Shown here: piece by piece, positions 1 to 11,288 of the stretch
Layout: the number at the start of each line of letters is the position of its first letter
How positions within the stretch are numbered: position 1 is the stretch's first letter
Assembly: GCA_021787855.1 (NCBI GenBank)
Contig: JAJYLI010000003.1
Location: 1 to 42,702 of the forward strand
DNA length: 42,702 nucleotides
Direction of reading: 5' to 3'
DNA from: a bacterium
Lineage (GTDB): Bacteria > Gemmatimonadota > Gemmatimonadetes > Gemmatimonadales > JACORV01
The notes under the pieces: generated by a model
Told to the model about the DNA's origin: nothing
The model's input: only the letters and a program-made list of their open reading frames with translations
Databases searched by the model: none
Position numbers and translations under genes: made by a program

Positions 1-113
1 CGTCGTTCCTCAACATCGCCGCGCTGCCCAAGATGGCGGAGGGGCATCTGCTGTCGGACCTGATCGCGATCAACGCCAGCGTGGACATCGTCATGGGGGA
101 GATTGACCGGTGA
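1..113 (+). CDS. nuoD: NADH-quinone oxidoreductase subunit D, 3' end only (truncated by window edge)
   Basis: Frame from nt 3 reads SFLNIAALPKMAEGHLLSDLIAINASVDIVMGEIDR*, the typical NuoD C-terminus (D-x-V-x-G-E-x-D-R). Lies directly upstream of nuoE. Confidence 0.93.
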   Translation, partial: SFLNIAALPKMAEGHLLSDLIAINASVDIVMGEIDR

Positions 114-706
114 GCGCGGCGGACGGAGCGGGGACCGGGGGGGCGGGGGGGGCGGGGGGGAGCGGGGCGGGCGCGCGGACCGGCGCGGCGGCCACCGCTC
201 GCGCCCGGGCGGAGCACGGCGTCGCGGTGCTGCCGGCCGTGTTCGGGGACGAGGGGCGCCGGAAGCTCGACGCCATCCTGGCGAGGTACCCCGCCAAGTC
301 CGGCGCCCTGCTGCCGGCCCTGTGGATGGTCCAGGAGGCCCACGGCTGGGTCTCGCCCGAGGGCATGGCGGAGGTGGCCGCCGTGCTGGGCCTGACGCCG
401 GCGTACGTCAAGGGCGTGGTGACGTTCTACACCATGTACCACCAGCACCCCGTCGGGAAGTATTTCGTGCAGGTGTGCACCACGACGCCGTGCAACGTGT
501 GCGGCGCGGAGGACGTGGTCGCGGCGTTCCTCAAGGCCACCGGGGCGGGCGCCCTCGGGGCCACCAGCCCCGACGGCCTGTGGACCGTCGTCGAGTCGGA
601 GTGCCTGGGCGCCTGCGGCTTCGCCACCCCCGTGATGATCAACGACGACTTCATCGAGGGCGTGACCGCCGAGTCGGTGCCCGCCCTCGTGGCCCGCTAC
701 CGGTAG
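110..706 (+). CDS. nuoE: NADH-quinone oxidoreductase subunit E (2Fe-2S), with a Gly/Ala-rich N-terminal extension
   Basis: GVVTFYTMY motif and N1a ligands CTTTPC...CLGAC. GTG start overlaps the nuoD stop (GTGA). Confidence 0.95.
   Translation: MSAADGAGTGGAGGAGGSGAGARTGAAATARARAEHGVAVLPAVFGDEGRRKLDAILARYPAKSGALLPALWMVQEAHGWVSPEGMAEVAAVLGLTPAYVKGVVTFYTMYHQHPVGKYFVQVCTTTPCNVCGAEDVVAAFLKATGAGALGATSPDGLWTVVESECLGACGFATPVMINDDFIEGVTAESVPALVARYR
130..171 (+). repeat. G-tract tandem repeat (G7-C-G8-C-G7 with flanking G4 runs); potential G-quadruplex or slippage tract
   Basis: Sequence ggggaccgggggggcggggggggcgggggggagcggggcggg, within the nuoE 5' extension. Confidence 0.75.
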
Positions 707-711
707 CCGCC

Positions 712-2013
712 ATGGGCTTCCCCCACCCCCCGCATCCGCGCGAGACCCAGGTGCTGAGCCGCTGGTTCGGCGACGCCGAGGCGCGCACCTACGCGGGCTG
801 GATCAAGCGTGGCGGCTATGCCGCGCTGGAGCAGGCGCTCGGCATGACCCGGGAGCAGGTGATCGAGGAGGTGAAGACCTCCGGCCTCCGCGGCCGCGGC
901 GGCGCCGGCTTCCCCGCGGGCGTGAAGTGGAGCTTCATGCCCAGGCAGAAGACCAAGGCGCACTACCTGTGCTGCAACGCGGACGAGTCGGAGCCGGGCA
1001 CCTTCAAGGACCGCGAGATCATGCGCTGGACGCCGCACCAGCTCCTCGAGGGGTGCGCCATCGCCGCCTACGCGATCCAGGCGGAGCAGGTGTTCCTGTA
1101 CATCCGCGGCGAGTTCACCGAGCCGCTGCGCATCATGCAGGCCGCGCTGGACGAGGCCTACGCCCGGGGCGTGCTGGGCGCGAACGCCATGGGCAAGGGC
1201 GTCCGCATTGACATCACCATCCACCGCGGGGCCGGCGCGTACATCTGCGGCGAAGAAACCGCGCTGATGAACTCCATCGAGGGCAAGCGCGGCAATCCCC
1301 GCATCCGCCCGCCGTTCCCCGCGGCGGTCGGCGTGTTCGGCTGCCCCACCACGATCAACAACGTGGAGACCCTGTCCAGCGTGCCGCACATCATCGCGCG
1401 GGGCGGGGCGTGGTACAAGGGCCTGTCGCTGTCCAGCCCCAAGAGCACCGGGACCAAGCTGTTCTCGATCTGCGGCACGGTGGCCCGGCCGGGCAACTAC
1501 GAAGTGACGATGGGCTTCCCCCTCAAGGAGCTGCTGCTCGACCTGGCGGGCGGGATGCGGCCCGGCCGCACGCTCAAGGCGGTGATCCCCGGGGGCTCGT
1601 CGGTCCCCATCCTCACCGCGGAGGAGGCCATGGACACGCTGCTGGATTACGAGGGCTGCGTGGCCAAGGGCACGATGCTGGGCTCCGGCGGCATGATCGT
1701 GCTGGACGACTCGGTGGACATGGTCTACCAGGTGATGCGGCTGGCGCGGTTCTACGCGCACGAGTCGTGCGCCCAGTGCACCCAGTGCCGCGAGGGCACC
1801 GCCTGGACGGTGAAGATCCTGCAGCGCATCCTGGGCGGGGAAGGGCGCCCGGCGGACCTCGACGTGCTGCTCGACCTGTCGGAGCAGATGACCGGGCGCA
1901 CCATCTGCGTGCTGTCGGACTCCTGCGCGGCGCCGGTGGTGAGCGCCATCCGGAAGTTCCGGCCGGAGTTCGAGCGCTACCTGGGCCACGGGAAGGCGGC
2001 GGCGCGGGCATGA
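712..2013 (+). CDS. nuoF: NADH-quinone oxidoreductase subunit F (FMN/NADH binding)
   Basis: SGLRGRGGAGFP, NADESEPGTFKDR, GAGAYICGEETAL, and N3 ligands ESCAQCTQCREG...TICVL. The start is ATG712; the longer ORF-track start at 103 is an artefact. Confidence 0.97.
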   Translation: MGFPHPPHPRETQVLSRWFGDAEARTYAGWIKRGGYAALEQALGMTREQVIEEVKTSGLRGRGGAGFPAGVKWSFMPRQKTKAHYLCCNADESEPGTFKDREIMRWTPHQLLEGCAIAAYAIQAEQVFLYIRGEFTEPLRIMQAALDEAYARGVLGANAMGKGVRIDITIHRGAGAYICGEETALMNSIEGKRGNPRIRPPFPAAVGVFGCPTTINNVETLSSVPHIIARGGAWYKGLSLSSPKSTGTKLFSICGTVARPGNYEVTMGFPLKELLLDLAGGMRPGRTLKAVIPGGSSVPILTAEEAMDTLLDYEGCVAKGTMLGSGGMIVLDDSVDMVYQVMRLARFYAHESCAQCTQCREGTAWTVKILQRILGGEGRPADLDVLLDLSEQMTGRTICVLSDSCAAPVVSAIRKFRPEFERYLGHGKAAARA

Positions 2014-3473
2014 GCGATCTGGTGAAGCTGACCATCGAGGGGCACGAGGTCGAGGCGCCAGCCGGCACCTCGATCCTGGAAGCCGCCAAGCTGGTCGGGA
2101 TCCTCATCCCGCACTACTGCTACCACCCCGCGCTGCCGGTGGCCGGCTCGTGCCGGATGTGCCTGGTGGAGGTGGAGAAGAGCCCCAAGCCCCAGCCCGC
2201 CTGCGCCACCCCGATCACCCCCGGCATGGTGGTGCGCGTCGCCAGCGACGTGGCCCGGGCCGCCCGGCGCGCGGTGCTCGAGTTCCTGCTCATCAACCAC
2301 CCGCTGGACTGCCCCATCTGCGACCAGGCCGGCGAGTGCGAGCTGCAGGACTACACCCACGAGGAAGGGCGCGCCGCCGGGCGCTACGCCGACTACCCGA
2401 AGCGCTACAACCCGGTGGAGGACTTCGGGCCGGATGTGCTGTACGTACCCAACCGCTGCATCCTGTGCACCCGCTGCGTGCGGTTCATGGAGAACGTCGC
2501 GCAGGAGCCCACGCTCAACGTGTCCGAGCGGGGCGACCGGGCCCGGATCGGCGTGTTCCCCGGAGCGGCGCTGGACCACCCCTGGGCGGGCAACGTGGTG
2601 GACCTGTGCCCGGTGGGCTCGCTGCTCTCCAAGGACTTCCTCAACAAGGCCCGCGTCTGGGACCTGGACAAGACGGCCTCGGTGTGCGGCGGCTGCACCC
2701 AGGGGTGCAACATCACCCTGGAGACCCGGGACAACGCCGTGGTGCGCGTGAAGCCGCGGCCCAACATGGCCGTGAACCGCTGGTTCATCTGCGACGAGGG
2801 GCGGCTGGGCTACGCCTGGCTCAACCGGGCGGACCGGATCGAGGCGCCGCTGGTGCGCGAGGGCGGCCGCCTGGTGCCGGTGGAGTGGGAGGTCGCGCTG
2901 GCGCGGGCCGCGGAGCTGGTCGGGGCCGGGGACGGCCCCGCCGTGGGCCTGGTCTCGCCGGGCGCCTCGTGCGAGGCGCTGGAAGCGGCGGCCCGCGTCC
3001 TGGCCGCGCGCGGGGAAGGGAGCGCCGGCGCGTTCCGCGTGCGCCAGGGCCCCGAGCGGCCGCTCGCCGGCGTGCCGGACCTGGCGCTGAGGGCCGAGCG
3101 CGCGCCCAACGTGGCCGGGGCGCTGGCGGCGGGCTTCGGCCGGGACTGGGACGCGGCGGTGGCGCGGGCGCGGGCGGCGGGCCTGGTGCTGGTCCTGGAC
3201 GAGAGCCTGGCCGGCCTCGCCGAGCCCGTGACCGACGGCGCGCTGCTCTACATCGGCACGGTGCTGCCGGAGACGGCCCGCGGCGCGGTGGTGATCCTGC
3301 CGTGCACCAACGTCGCGGAGGAGGAGGGCAGCTTCGTCAACCTCCGCGGCCTGAGGCAGCGGTACGCCCAGGCCAGGACCCCGCCGGGCATGGCGCGGCC
3401 CGCCGCCTGGATCCTGGACGCCATCCTGGCCGCGCTGCCGGCCCGCGCGGCGCGGGCGGGAGGTCGCGCGTGA
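2010..3473 (+). CDS. nuoG: NADH-quinone oxidoreductase subunit G, short 487-aa form
   Basis: IPHYCYHP, GSCRMCLVE, HPLDCPICDQAGECELQ, RCILCTRCVRF, DLCPVG and N7-type CGGCTQGC...ICDEGR. ATGA overlap with nuoF. Confidence 0.95.
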   Translation: MSDLVKLTIEGHEVEAPAGTSILEAAKLVGILIPHYCYHPALPVAGSCRMCLVEVEKSPKPQPACATPITPGMVVRVASDVARAARRAVLEFLLINHPLDCPICDQAGECELQDYTHEEGRAAGRYADYPKRYNPVEDFGPDVLYVPNRCILCTRCVRFMENVAQEPTLNVSERGDRARIGVFPGAALDHPWAGNVVDLCPVGSLLSKDFLNKARVWDLDKTASVCGGCTQGCNITLETRDNAVVRVKPRPNMAVNRWFICDEGRLGYAWLNRADRIEAPLVREGGRLVPVEWEVALARAAELVGAGDGPAVGLVSPGASCEALEAAARVLAARGEGSAGAFRVRQGPERPLAGVPDLALRAERAPNVAGALAAGFGRDWDAAVARARAAGLVLVLDESLAGLAEPVTDGALLYIGTVLPETARGAVVILPCTNVAEEEGSFVNLRGLRQRYAQARTPPGMARPAAWILDAILAALPARAARAGGRA

Positions 3474-4684
3474 GCCCGGTCACCGGCAGCGCCTTCTTCT
3501 GGACCTCGGTGGTCAAGATCCTGATCGTGTTCGGCGGCATCCTGTCGCTGGTCGCGTTCTGGACCTGGGTGGAGCGCCGCGGCGCCGGCTGGATCCAGAA
3601 CCGCCTGGGTCCCAACCGCGTCGGCCCCGAGGGGCTGCTGCAGCCGGCGGCGGACGGCCTCAAGAACTTCCTCAAGGAAGAGACGCTCCCGCCCTTCGCC
3701 GACCGGTTCGTGTTCCTGCTGGCGCCAGTCATGGCCTTCGTCCCGGCGCTGATCACCTTCGCGGTGGTGCCGTTCGCCTCGCCGCTGCCCACGCCCTGGG
3801 GCCTGGTGAGCCCGGCCATCGCCGACCTGCCGGTCGGGTTCCTGTACATCCTGGCCATCAGCTCGCTGGGCGTGTACGGCGTGGTGCTGGCGGGCTGGTC
3901 GTCCAACAACAAGTACTCGCTGCTGGGCGGCCTCAGGGGCTCGGCGCAGCTCATCAGCTACGAAGTCTCGATGGGACTCTCGGCCGTCGCCGTGCTGGTC
4001 CTGGCCGGCAACATCACGATGAACGAGATCGTGGCCCGCCAGCAGCACAGCGTGTGGTTCGTCCTGCCCCTCTCGGTGGCCTTCCTCACCTTCCTGATCG
4101 CCAGCTTCGCCGAAACCAACCGGCTGCCCTTCGACCTGCCGGAGGCCGAGGCGGAGCTGATCGCCGGCTACCACACCGAGTACTCGGCCATGAAGTTCTC
4201 GATGTTCTACATCGCCGAGTACTCCAACATGGTCACCGCCTCCGCGCTGATGGTGACCCTGTTCTTCGGCGGCTGGGACATCCCCTTCACGGCGTGGGAC
4301 AACACGCCGCCCTGGACGGTGCTCAAGTTCGTCGCCACCTTCGCGGCGTTCTGGCTGAAGGTGGTGGCGTTCCTGTTCGCCTACGTGTGGGTGCGCTGGA
4401 CGCTGCCCCGGTTCCGGTTCGACCAGCTCATGGATCTCGGCTGGAAGGTGCTGCTGCCGGTGGCGCTGGGGTACGTGATGGTGATCGCCGTGGCGGTGTG
4501 GGGCCTCGGGGCCGCGGGCGTGCCGTTCGGCCTCGGCTACGGCCTGATCCTCACCGCCGTGAGCGCGGTGCTGCTCGGCCTGCTGCTGTGGGGCCTCGAC
4601 CGGAACCGGGTCATCGGCGGCTCGGCGGCCCGGCAGCGCGCGCGCTGGCTGGCCGACGCGGCGCGGCAGCGCGGGGCGGCCTGA
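3470..4684 (+). CDS. nuoH: NADH-quinone oxidoreductase subunit H
   Basis: ERR..IQNRLGPNRVGP, AETNRLPFDLPEAEAELIAGYHTEYS, RWTLPRFRFDQLM. GTGA overlap with nuoG. Confidence 0.97.
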   Translation: MSPVTGSAFFWTSVVKILIVFGGILSLVAFWTWVERRGAGWIQNRLGPNRVGPEGLLQPAADGLKNFLKEETLPPFADRFVFLLAPVMAFVPALITFAVVPFASPLPTPWGLVSPAIADLPVGFLYILAISSLGVYGVVLAGWSSNNKYSLLGGLRGSAQLISYEVSMGLSAVAVLVLAGNITMNEIVARQQHSVWFVLPLSVAFLTFLIASFAETNRLPFDLPEAEAELIAGYHTEYSAMKFSMFYIAEYSNMVTASALMVTLFFGGWDIPFTAWDNTPPWTVLKFVATFAAFWLKVVAFLFAYVWVRWTLPRFRFDQLMDLGWKVLLPVALGYVMVIAVAVWGLGAAGVPFGLGYGLILTAVSAVLLGLLLWGLDRNRVIGGSAARQRARWLADAARQRGAA

Positions 4685-4686
4685 CC

Positions 4687-5189
4687 GTGGCGATCACCGT
4701 CAAGACCATGCCCCGGCCCGAGACGGAGAGCTCCTACGTGCGCGCCACGCTCAAGGGCATGGCGCTCACCTTCCGGCACCTGCTCGCCCCCAAGTGGACG
4801 ATGCAGTACCCGGAGCAGACCTCGGCGCCGGACTGGAAGCTGTCGCCGCGGTGGCGCGGCACGCACCGGATGGCGGTGGACGAGGCGGGCAAGGCCAAGT
4901 GCGTCGCCTGCGGCCTGTGCCCCCAGGTCTGCCCGGCCAACTGCATCAAGCTGATCCCGGGCGAGGACGAGAAGGGCAACCGCTACCCGCTGGTCTACGA
5001 GATTGACGAGTTCCGCTGCGTGTTCTGCGGCTACTGCCAGGAGGTGTGTCCCGAGGAGGCGATCCACGTCGGCGTGCACTACGAGAACGCGGAGTACAGC
5101 CGGGACGCCTTCGTGTACGACCTCGAGCGCCTGATGCGCCAGCCGCATCCGGTCTCGACCCTGTGGGATCCGTCCGACCCGAAAGGGGA

Positions 5190-5193
<4 letters not shown>
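4687..5193 (+). CDS. nuoI: NADH-quinone oxidoreductase subunit I (2x 4Fe-4S)
   Basis: TMQYPE, CVACGLCPQVCPANCI and CVFCGYCQEVCPEEAI. Confidence 0.96.
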
Positions 5194-5711
<518 letters not shown>

Positions 5712-5712
5712 C

Positions 5713-6005
5713 GTGCTGCTCGGTCCCTCGCTCGCGGTTTCCGCGATCCTGTTCACGCTGGGTGTCGTCGGCGTCCTGCTGCGGCGCAACGCGATCGTGA
5801 TCTTCATGTGCATCGAGCTGATGCTCAACGCGGTGAACCTGACCTTCATCGCGTTGTCGCAGCAGCTCGGCCTGGACGGGCAGGTGTTCGTGTTCTTCGT
5901 GATGACCGTGGCGGCGGCGGAGGCCGCCGTGGGCCTGGCGATCGTCATCGCCGTGTACCGGCACAAGGACACCGTGAACCTGCAGCGCATCAACCTGCTC
6001 CGCGG

Positions 6006-6009
<4 letters not shown>
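5713..6009 (+). CDS. nuoK: NADH-quinone oxidoreductase subunit K
   Basis: [19 protein letters not shown] and [16 protein letters not shown] at 5701-5705. Confidence 0.97.
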
Positions 6010-8014
<2,005 letters not shown>

Positions 8015-8018
<4 letters not shown>

Positions 8019-8095
8019 CCGCCGTGCCCACCGCCACCGGCCGCGTCGGGCCCGCCGCCGCCCTCGCCGCCCTCCTCCCCCCCGGGGAACCGTGA
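8015..8095 (+). CDS. Possible 26-aa mini-ORF bridging nuoL and nuoM (MTAVPTATGRVGPAAALAALLPPGEP)
   Basis: GTG start overlaps the nuoL TGA and its TGA overlaps the nuoM GTG (GTGA at both ends). Nearly all codons end in G/C. No homology evidence. Confidence 0.3.
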
Positions 8096-9702
8096 CCGAC
8101 CTCCTCGCCTCCATCGGCTACGCGCGCTGGGCGCTGAGCGCCCTGCTGCTGATCCCGCTGGCCGGGGCGCTGCTGGTGTGGGCCGCTCCGGTCCAGGCGG
8201 CCAAGCGCATCGCCTTCGCGGTCACCCTGGTGGAGTTCGTGGTCTCGGTGGGGCTGTGGTGGGCCTACGACCCCGCGGGTCCGGTGATGCAGGTGGGCGG
8301 CTGGCTGCCGTGGATCCCGGCGTGGGGCATCGCCTACCGCGTCGGCATTGACGGCATCTCGCTGTTCATGGTGCTGCTCACCACCTTCCTGATGCCCCTG
8401 GCCGTCCTGGGGAGCTGGTCCGGCATCACCCGGCGGGAGAAGGCGTACTACGCGCTGATGCTGGTCCTCACCACCGGCATGATCGGCGTGTTCGTGGCCC
8501 TGGATCTGTTCCTGTTCTACGTGTTCTGGGAGGTGATGCTGATCCCGATGTACTTCATCATCGGGGTGTGGGGCGGCCAGGGCCGCCTGTACGCCAGCAT
8601 CAAGTTCTTCATCTACACGTTCCTGGGCTCGCTGCTGATGCTGGTGGCGATCCTGGTGCTGTACTTCAGCGCCGGCCGGGCCGCGGGCGGCGTGTACTCC
8701 TTCGCCTACGATCACATCCTGCGCTACGCCAGCCTCCCGGTGTCGGCGCAGTTCTGGCTGTTCGGCGCCTTCTTCCTGGCGTTCGCCATCAAGGTGCCGA
8801 TGGTGCCGTTCCACACCTGGCTCCCGGACGCCCACGTCGAGGCGCCGACGGCGGGCTCGGTGATCCTGGCGGGCATCCTGCTCAAGATGGGGACCTACGG
8901 GTTCCTCCGCTTCGCGGTGCCCCTGTTCCCGCGCGTGGCCATGAGCCCGGCGGTGAGCACGACCGTGATCACCCTCGCGGTGGTGGGCATCATCTACGGG
9001 GCGCTGGTGGCGATGGTGCAACCGGACTTCAAGAAGCTGATCGCCTACTCGTCGGTGAGCCACCTGGGGTTCGTGGTGCTGGGCATCTGGGCCATGACGG
9101 TGCAGAGTACCCAGGGCGCGCTGCTGGTGATGATCAACCACGGCATTTCCACCGGGGCGCTGTTCTTCCTGGTGGGCATGATCTACGAGCGGCGCCACAG
9201 CCGCCTGGTGGCGGACTTCGGCGGCCTGGCGCGCGTGATGCCGATGTTCGCCGCGGTGCTCACCCTGGTGAGCCTGTCCTCGATCGGGCTGCCGGGCACC
9301 AACGGCTTCGTGGGCGAGTTCCTGGTGCTGCTGGGCACCTTCCGCACCCACCCGGTGGCGGCGGGCATCGCGGCCACGGGCGTGATCTTCGCGGCGTGCT
9401 ACCTGCTGTGGGCGCTGCAGCGGGTGATCTATTACGCGCTGGACAAGGAGCCCAACCGCAAGCTGCCGGACCTCACCCGCCGCGAGTGGGGGGTGCTGGT
9501 GCCCCTGGTGGTGGTGATCCTGTGGCTGGGGCTCGCCCCGGGCGCGGTGCTGCGGCGGATGGAGCCCTCGGCGCGGCACTTCGTCGCCATGGTCGAGAAC
9601 CGGGTGCCCCGGATGGCGGGGCTGACGCCCGAGCCGGGGCCCCCCCCGGCGCCCGCGTCACCCGCCGCCGGCGGCGCGGCGGCCGGCGGGAGGGCCCGTT
9701 AG
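8092..9702 (+). CDS. nuoM: NADH-quinone oxidoreductase subunit M
   Basis: GIDGISL, FYVFWEVMLIPMY, AFAIKVPMVPFHTWLPDAHVEAPT, LLKMGTYG, FVGEF. Confidence 0.97.
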   Translation: MTDLLASIGYARWALSALLLIPLAGALLVWAAPVQAAKRIAFAVTLVEFVVSVGLWWAYDPAGPVMQVGGWLPWIPAWGIAYRVGIDGISLFMVLLTTFLMPLAVLGSWSGITRREKAYYALMLVLTTGMIGVFVALDLFLFYVFWEVMLIPMYFIIGVWGGQGRLYASIKFFIYTFLGSLLMLVAILVLYFSAGRAAGGVYSFAYDHILRYASLPVSAQFWLFGAFFLAFAIKVPMVPFHTWLPDAHVEAPTAGSVILAGILLKMGTYGFLRFAVPLFPRVAMSPAVSTTVITLAVVGIIYGALVAMVQPDFKKLIAYSSVSHLGFVVLGIWAMTVQSTQGALLVMINHGISTGALFFLVGMIYERRHSRLVADFGGLARVMPMFAAVLTLVSLSSIGLPGTNGFVGEFLVLLGTFRTHPVAAGIAATGVIFAACYLLWALQRVIYYALDKEPNRKLPDLTRREWGVLVPLVVVILWLGLAPGAVLRRMEPSARHFVAMVENRVPRMAGLTPEPGPPPAPASPAAGGAAAGGRAR

Positions 9703-9703
9703 C

Positions 9704-11236
9704 ATGCTGCTCCTGGACCTCGACCGCGGCTGGGGCCTCCTCAGGGCCATGGCGCCGGAGACGCTGCTCACGCTGTGGGCGCTGGCGCTGCTGCTGGACG
9801 CCGCGTGGCACCACCGGGACAGCGGCGCGCAGCGGCGCGCGGGCTGGCTGGCGCTGGCGGGGCTGGCGCTCTCCGCGGCCGCCACCGTGTGGCTGTGGGC
9901 GTCGGGCGCGGCGCCGGCGGGGCTCTCGACCACCATCGCCCTGGACCGGTTCCGCTACGCCGTGGACCTGATCGTGCTGGTCGCGGCCGCGCTGGCCGTG
10001 CTGCTCTCGGTGGAGTACCTGGACCGCGAGCAGCTCCGCATTCCCGAGTACCACGCGCTGCTGCTGCTCGCGACCGTGGGCATGATGCTCCTGGCCGGCG
10101 GCGAGGACCTGTTCGTCCTGTTCCTCGGGCTGGAGCTGATGTCCGTCTCGGTGTACGTGCTGGCCGGCCTCGACCGGCGCAGCCCGGCCAGCGCGGAGGC
10201 GGCGCTCAAGTACTTCCTGCTCGGCGCCTTCGCCTCCGCGTTCTTGCTCTACGGCATCGCGCTGCTGTACGGGGCGACCGGCTCGACCAAGCTGCAGATC
10301 ATCGCCCGGCAGATCGGCCCGCTGGGCCTGCTGACCCACCCGATGCTGCTGGCGGGCCTGGCGCTGCTGCTGATCGGGTTCGGCTTCAAGATCGCGGCGG
10401 TTCCGTTCCACATGTGGACGCCCGACGTGTACGACGGCGCCCCCACGCCGGTCACCGGCTTCATGGCCACCGCCGTCAAGGCCGCGGCGTTCGCGGCGCT
10501 GATCCGCGTGCTGCTGGAGGCGTTCAGCGACGTGCACGCGCTGTGGGGGCCCGTGATCTGGTGGCTCGCGGCCGTCACCATGGTCGTGGGCAACCTCGTG
10601 GCCCTGGCCCAGCGGTCGGTGAAGCGCATGCTGGCCTACTCGAGCATCGCGCACGCGGGCTACCTGCTCACCGCGCTGGTGGCGGACTCGATGGCGGGGG
10701 CCGCGGCGTTCCTGTTCTACCTGCTGTTCTACACCCTGATGACGATGGGCGCGTTCGCGATCCTGGCCCTGAAGGGGCGGGGCGGCGAGCGCGACGTCAT
10801 GGTGGACGACCTGGCGGGACTGGGCGAGGCGCATCCCTGGCTGGCGCTGGCGATGGCGGTGTGCATGCTCTCGCTGCTGGGCTTCCCAGGCACCGCGGGC
10901 TTCATCGGCAAGTGGTACGTCCTGGTGGCGGCCACGGGCGCCGGCTACCCGGGGCTGGCCGCGATCCTGGTGGTGACCAGCGTGATCTCCGCGGGATACT
11001 ACCTGCCGGTGGTGATGGCCATGTACATGAAGCCGCAGGCGCACGAGCGGGCCCACGCCGGCGTGCTGGTGCCGCGGATCGCCGGCGCCACGCTCGCGGT
11101 GATGGTGGCGGCGCTGCTGGTCTTCGGCGTCTGGCCCAACCGCGTGCTCGACGCCGCGCGCGCCGGCTCCCACGCCTTCATCCCCCGCGCGATGACGGCG
11201 GCCGTGACACCGCTCCCGCCCGCCGGCGCCCCCTAG
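9704..11236 (+). CDS. nuoN: NADH-quinone oxidoreductase subunit N
   Basis: FLGLELMS, EAALKYF, FKIAAVPFHMWTPDVYDGAPTPV, KRMLAYSSIAHAGY. Confidence 0.97.
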   Translation: MLLLDLDRGWGLLRAMAPETLLTLWALALLLDAAWHHRDSGAQRRAGWLALAGLALSAAATVWLWASGAAPAGLSTTIALDRFRYAVDLIVLVAAALAVLLSVEYLDREQLRIPEYHALLLLATVGMMLLAGGEDLFVLFLGLELMSVSVYVLAGLDRRSPASAEAALKYFLLGAFASAFLLYGIALLYGATGSTKLQIIARQIGPLGLLTHPMLLAGLALLLIGFGFKIAAVPFHMWTPDVYDGAPTPVTGFMATAVKAAAFAALIRVLLEAFSDVHALWGPVIWWLAAVTMVVGNLVALAQRSVKRMLAYSSIAHAGYLLTALVADSMAGAAAFLFYLLFYTLMTMGAFAILALKGRGGERDVMVDDLAGLGEAHPWLALAMAVCMLSLLGFPGTAGFIGKWYVLVAATGAGYPGLAAILVVTSVISAGYYLPVVMAMYMKPQAHERAHAGVLVPRIAGATLAVMVAALLVFGVWPNRVLDAARAGSHAFIPRAMTAAVTPLPPAGAP

Positions 11237-11261
11237 CGCCGGCGGCGCGGCCGCCGGCGCT
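11235..11261 (+). terminator. Perfect 12-bp inverted repeat right after nuoN; terminator-like or mRNA-stabilising hairpin
   Basis: AGCGCCGGCGGC-gcg-GCCGCCGGCGCT. No U-tract follows. Confidence 0.5.
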
Positions 11262-11288
11262 GCCCGCCCCCTTGCCGAGGCCCGAACC

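Noticed and set aside
103-711. Apparent 636-aa ORF extending NuoF upstream, suggesting an NuoE-F fusion or frameshift
   Set aside because: The extension is Arg/Gly-rich off-frame translation of nuoE. nuoE has its own stop at 706 and nuoF its own ATG at 712.
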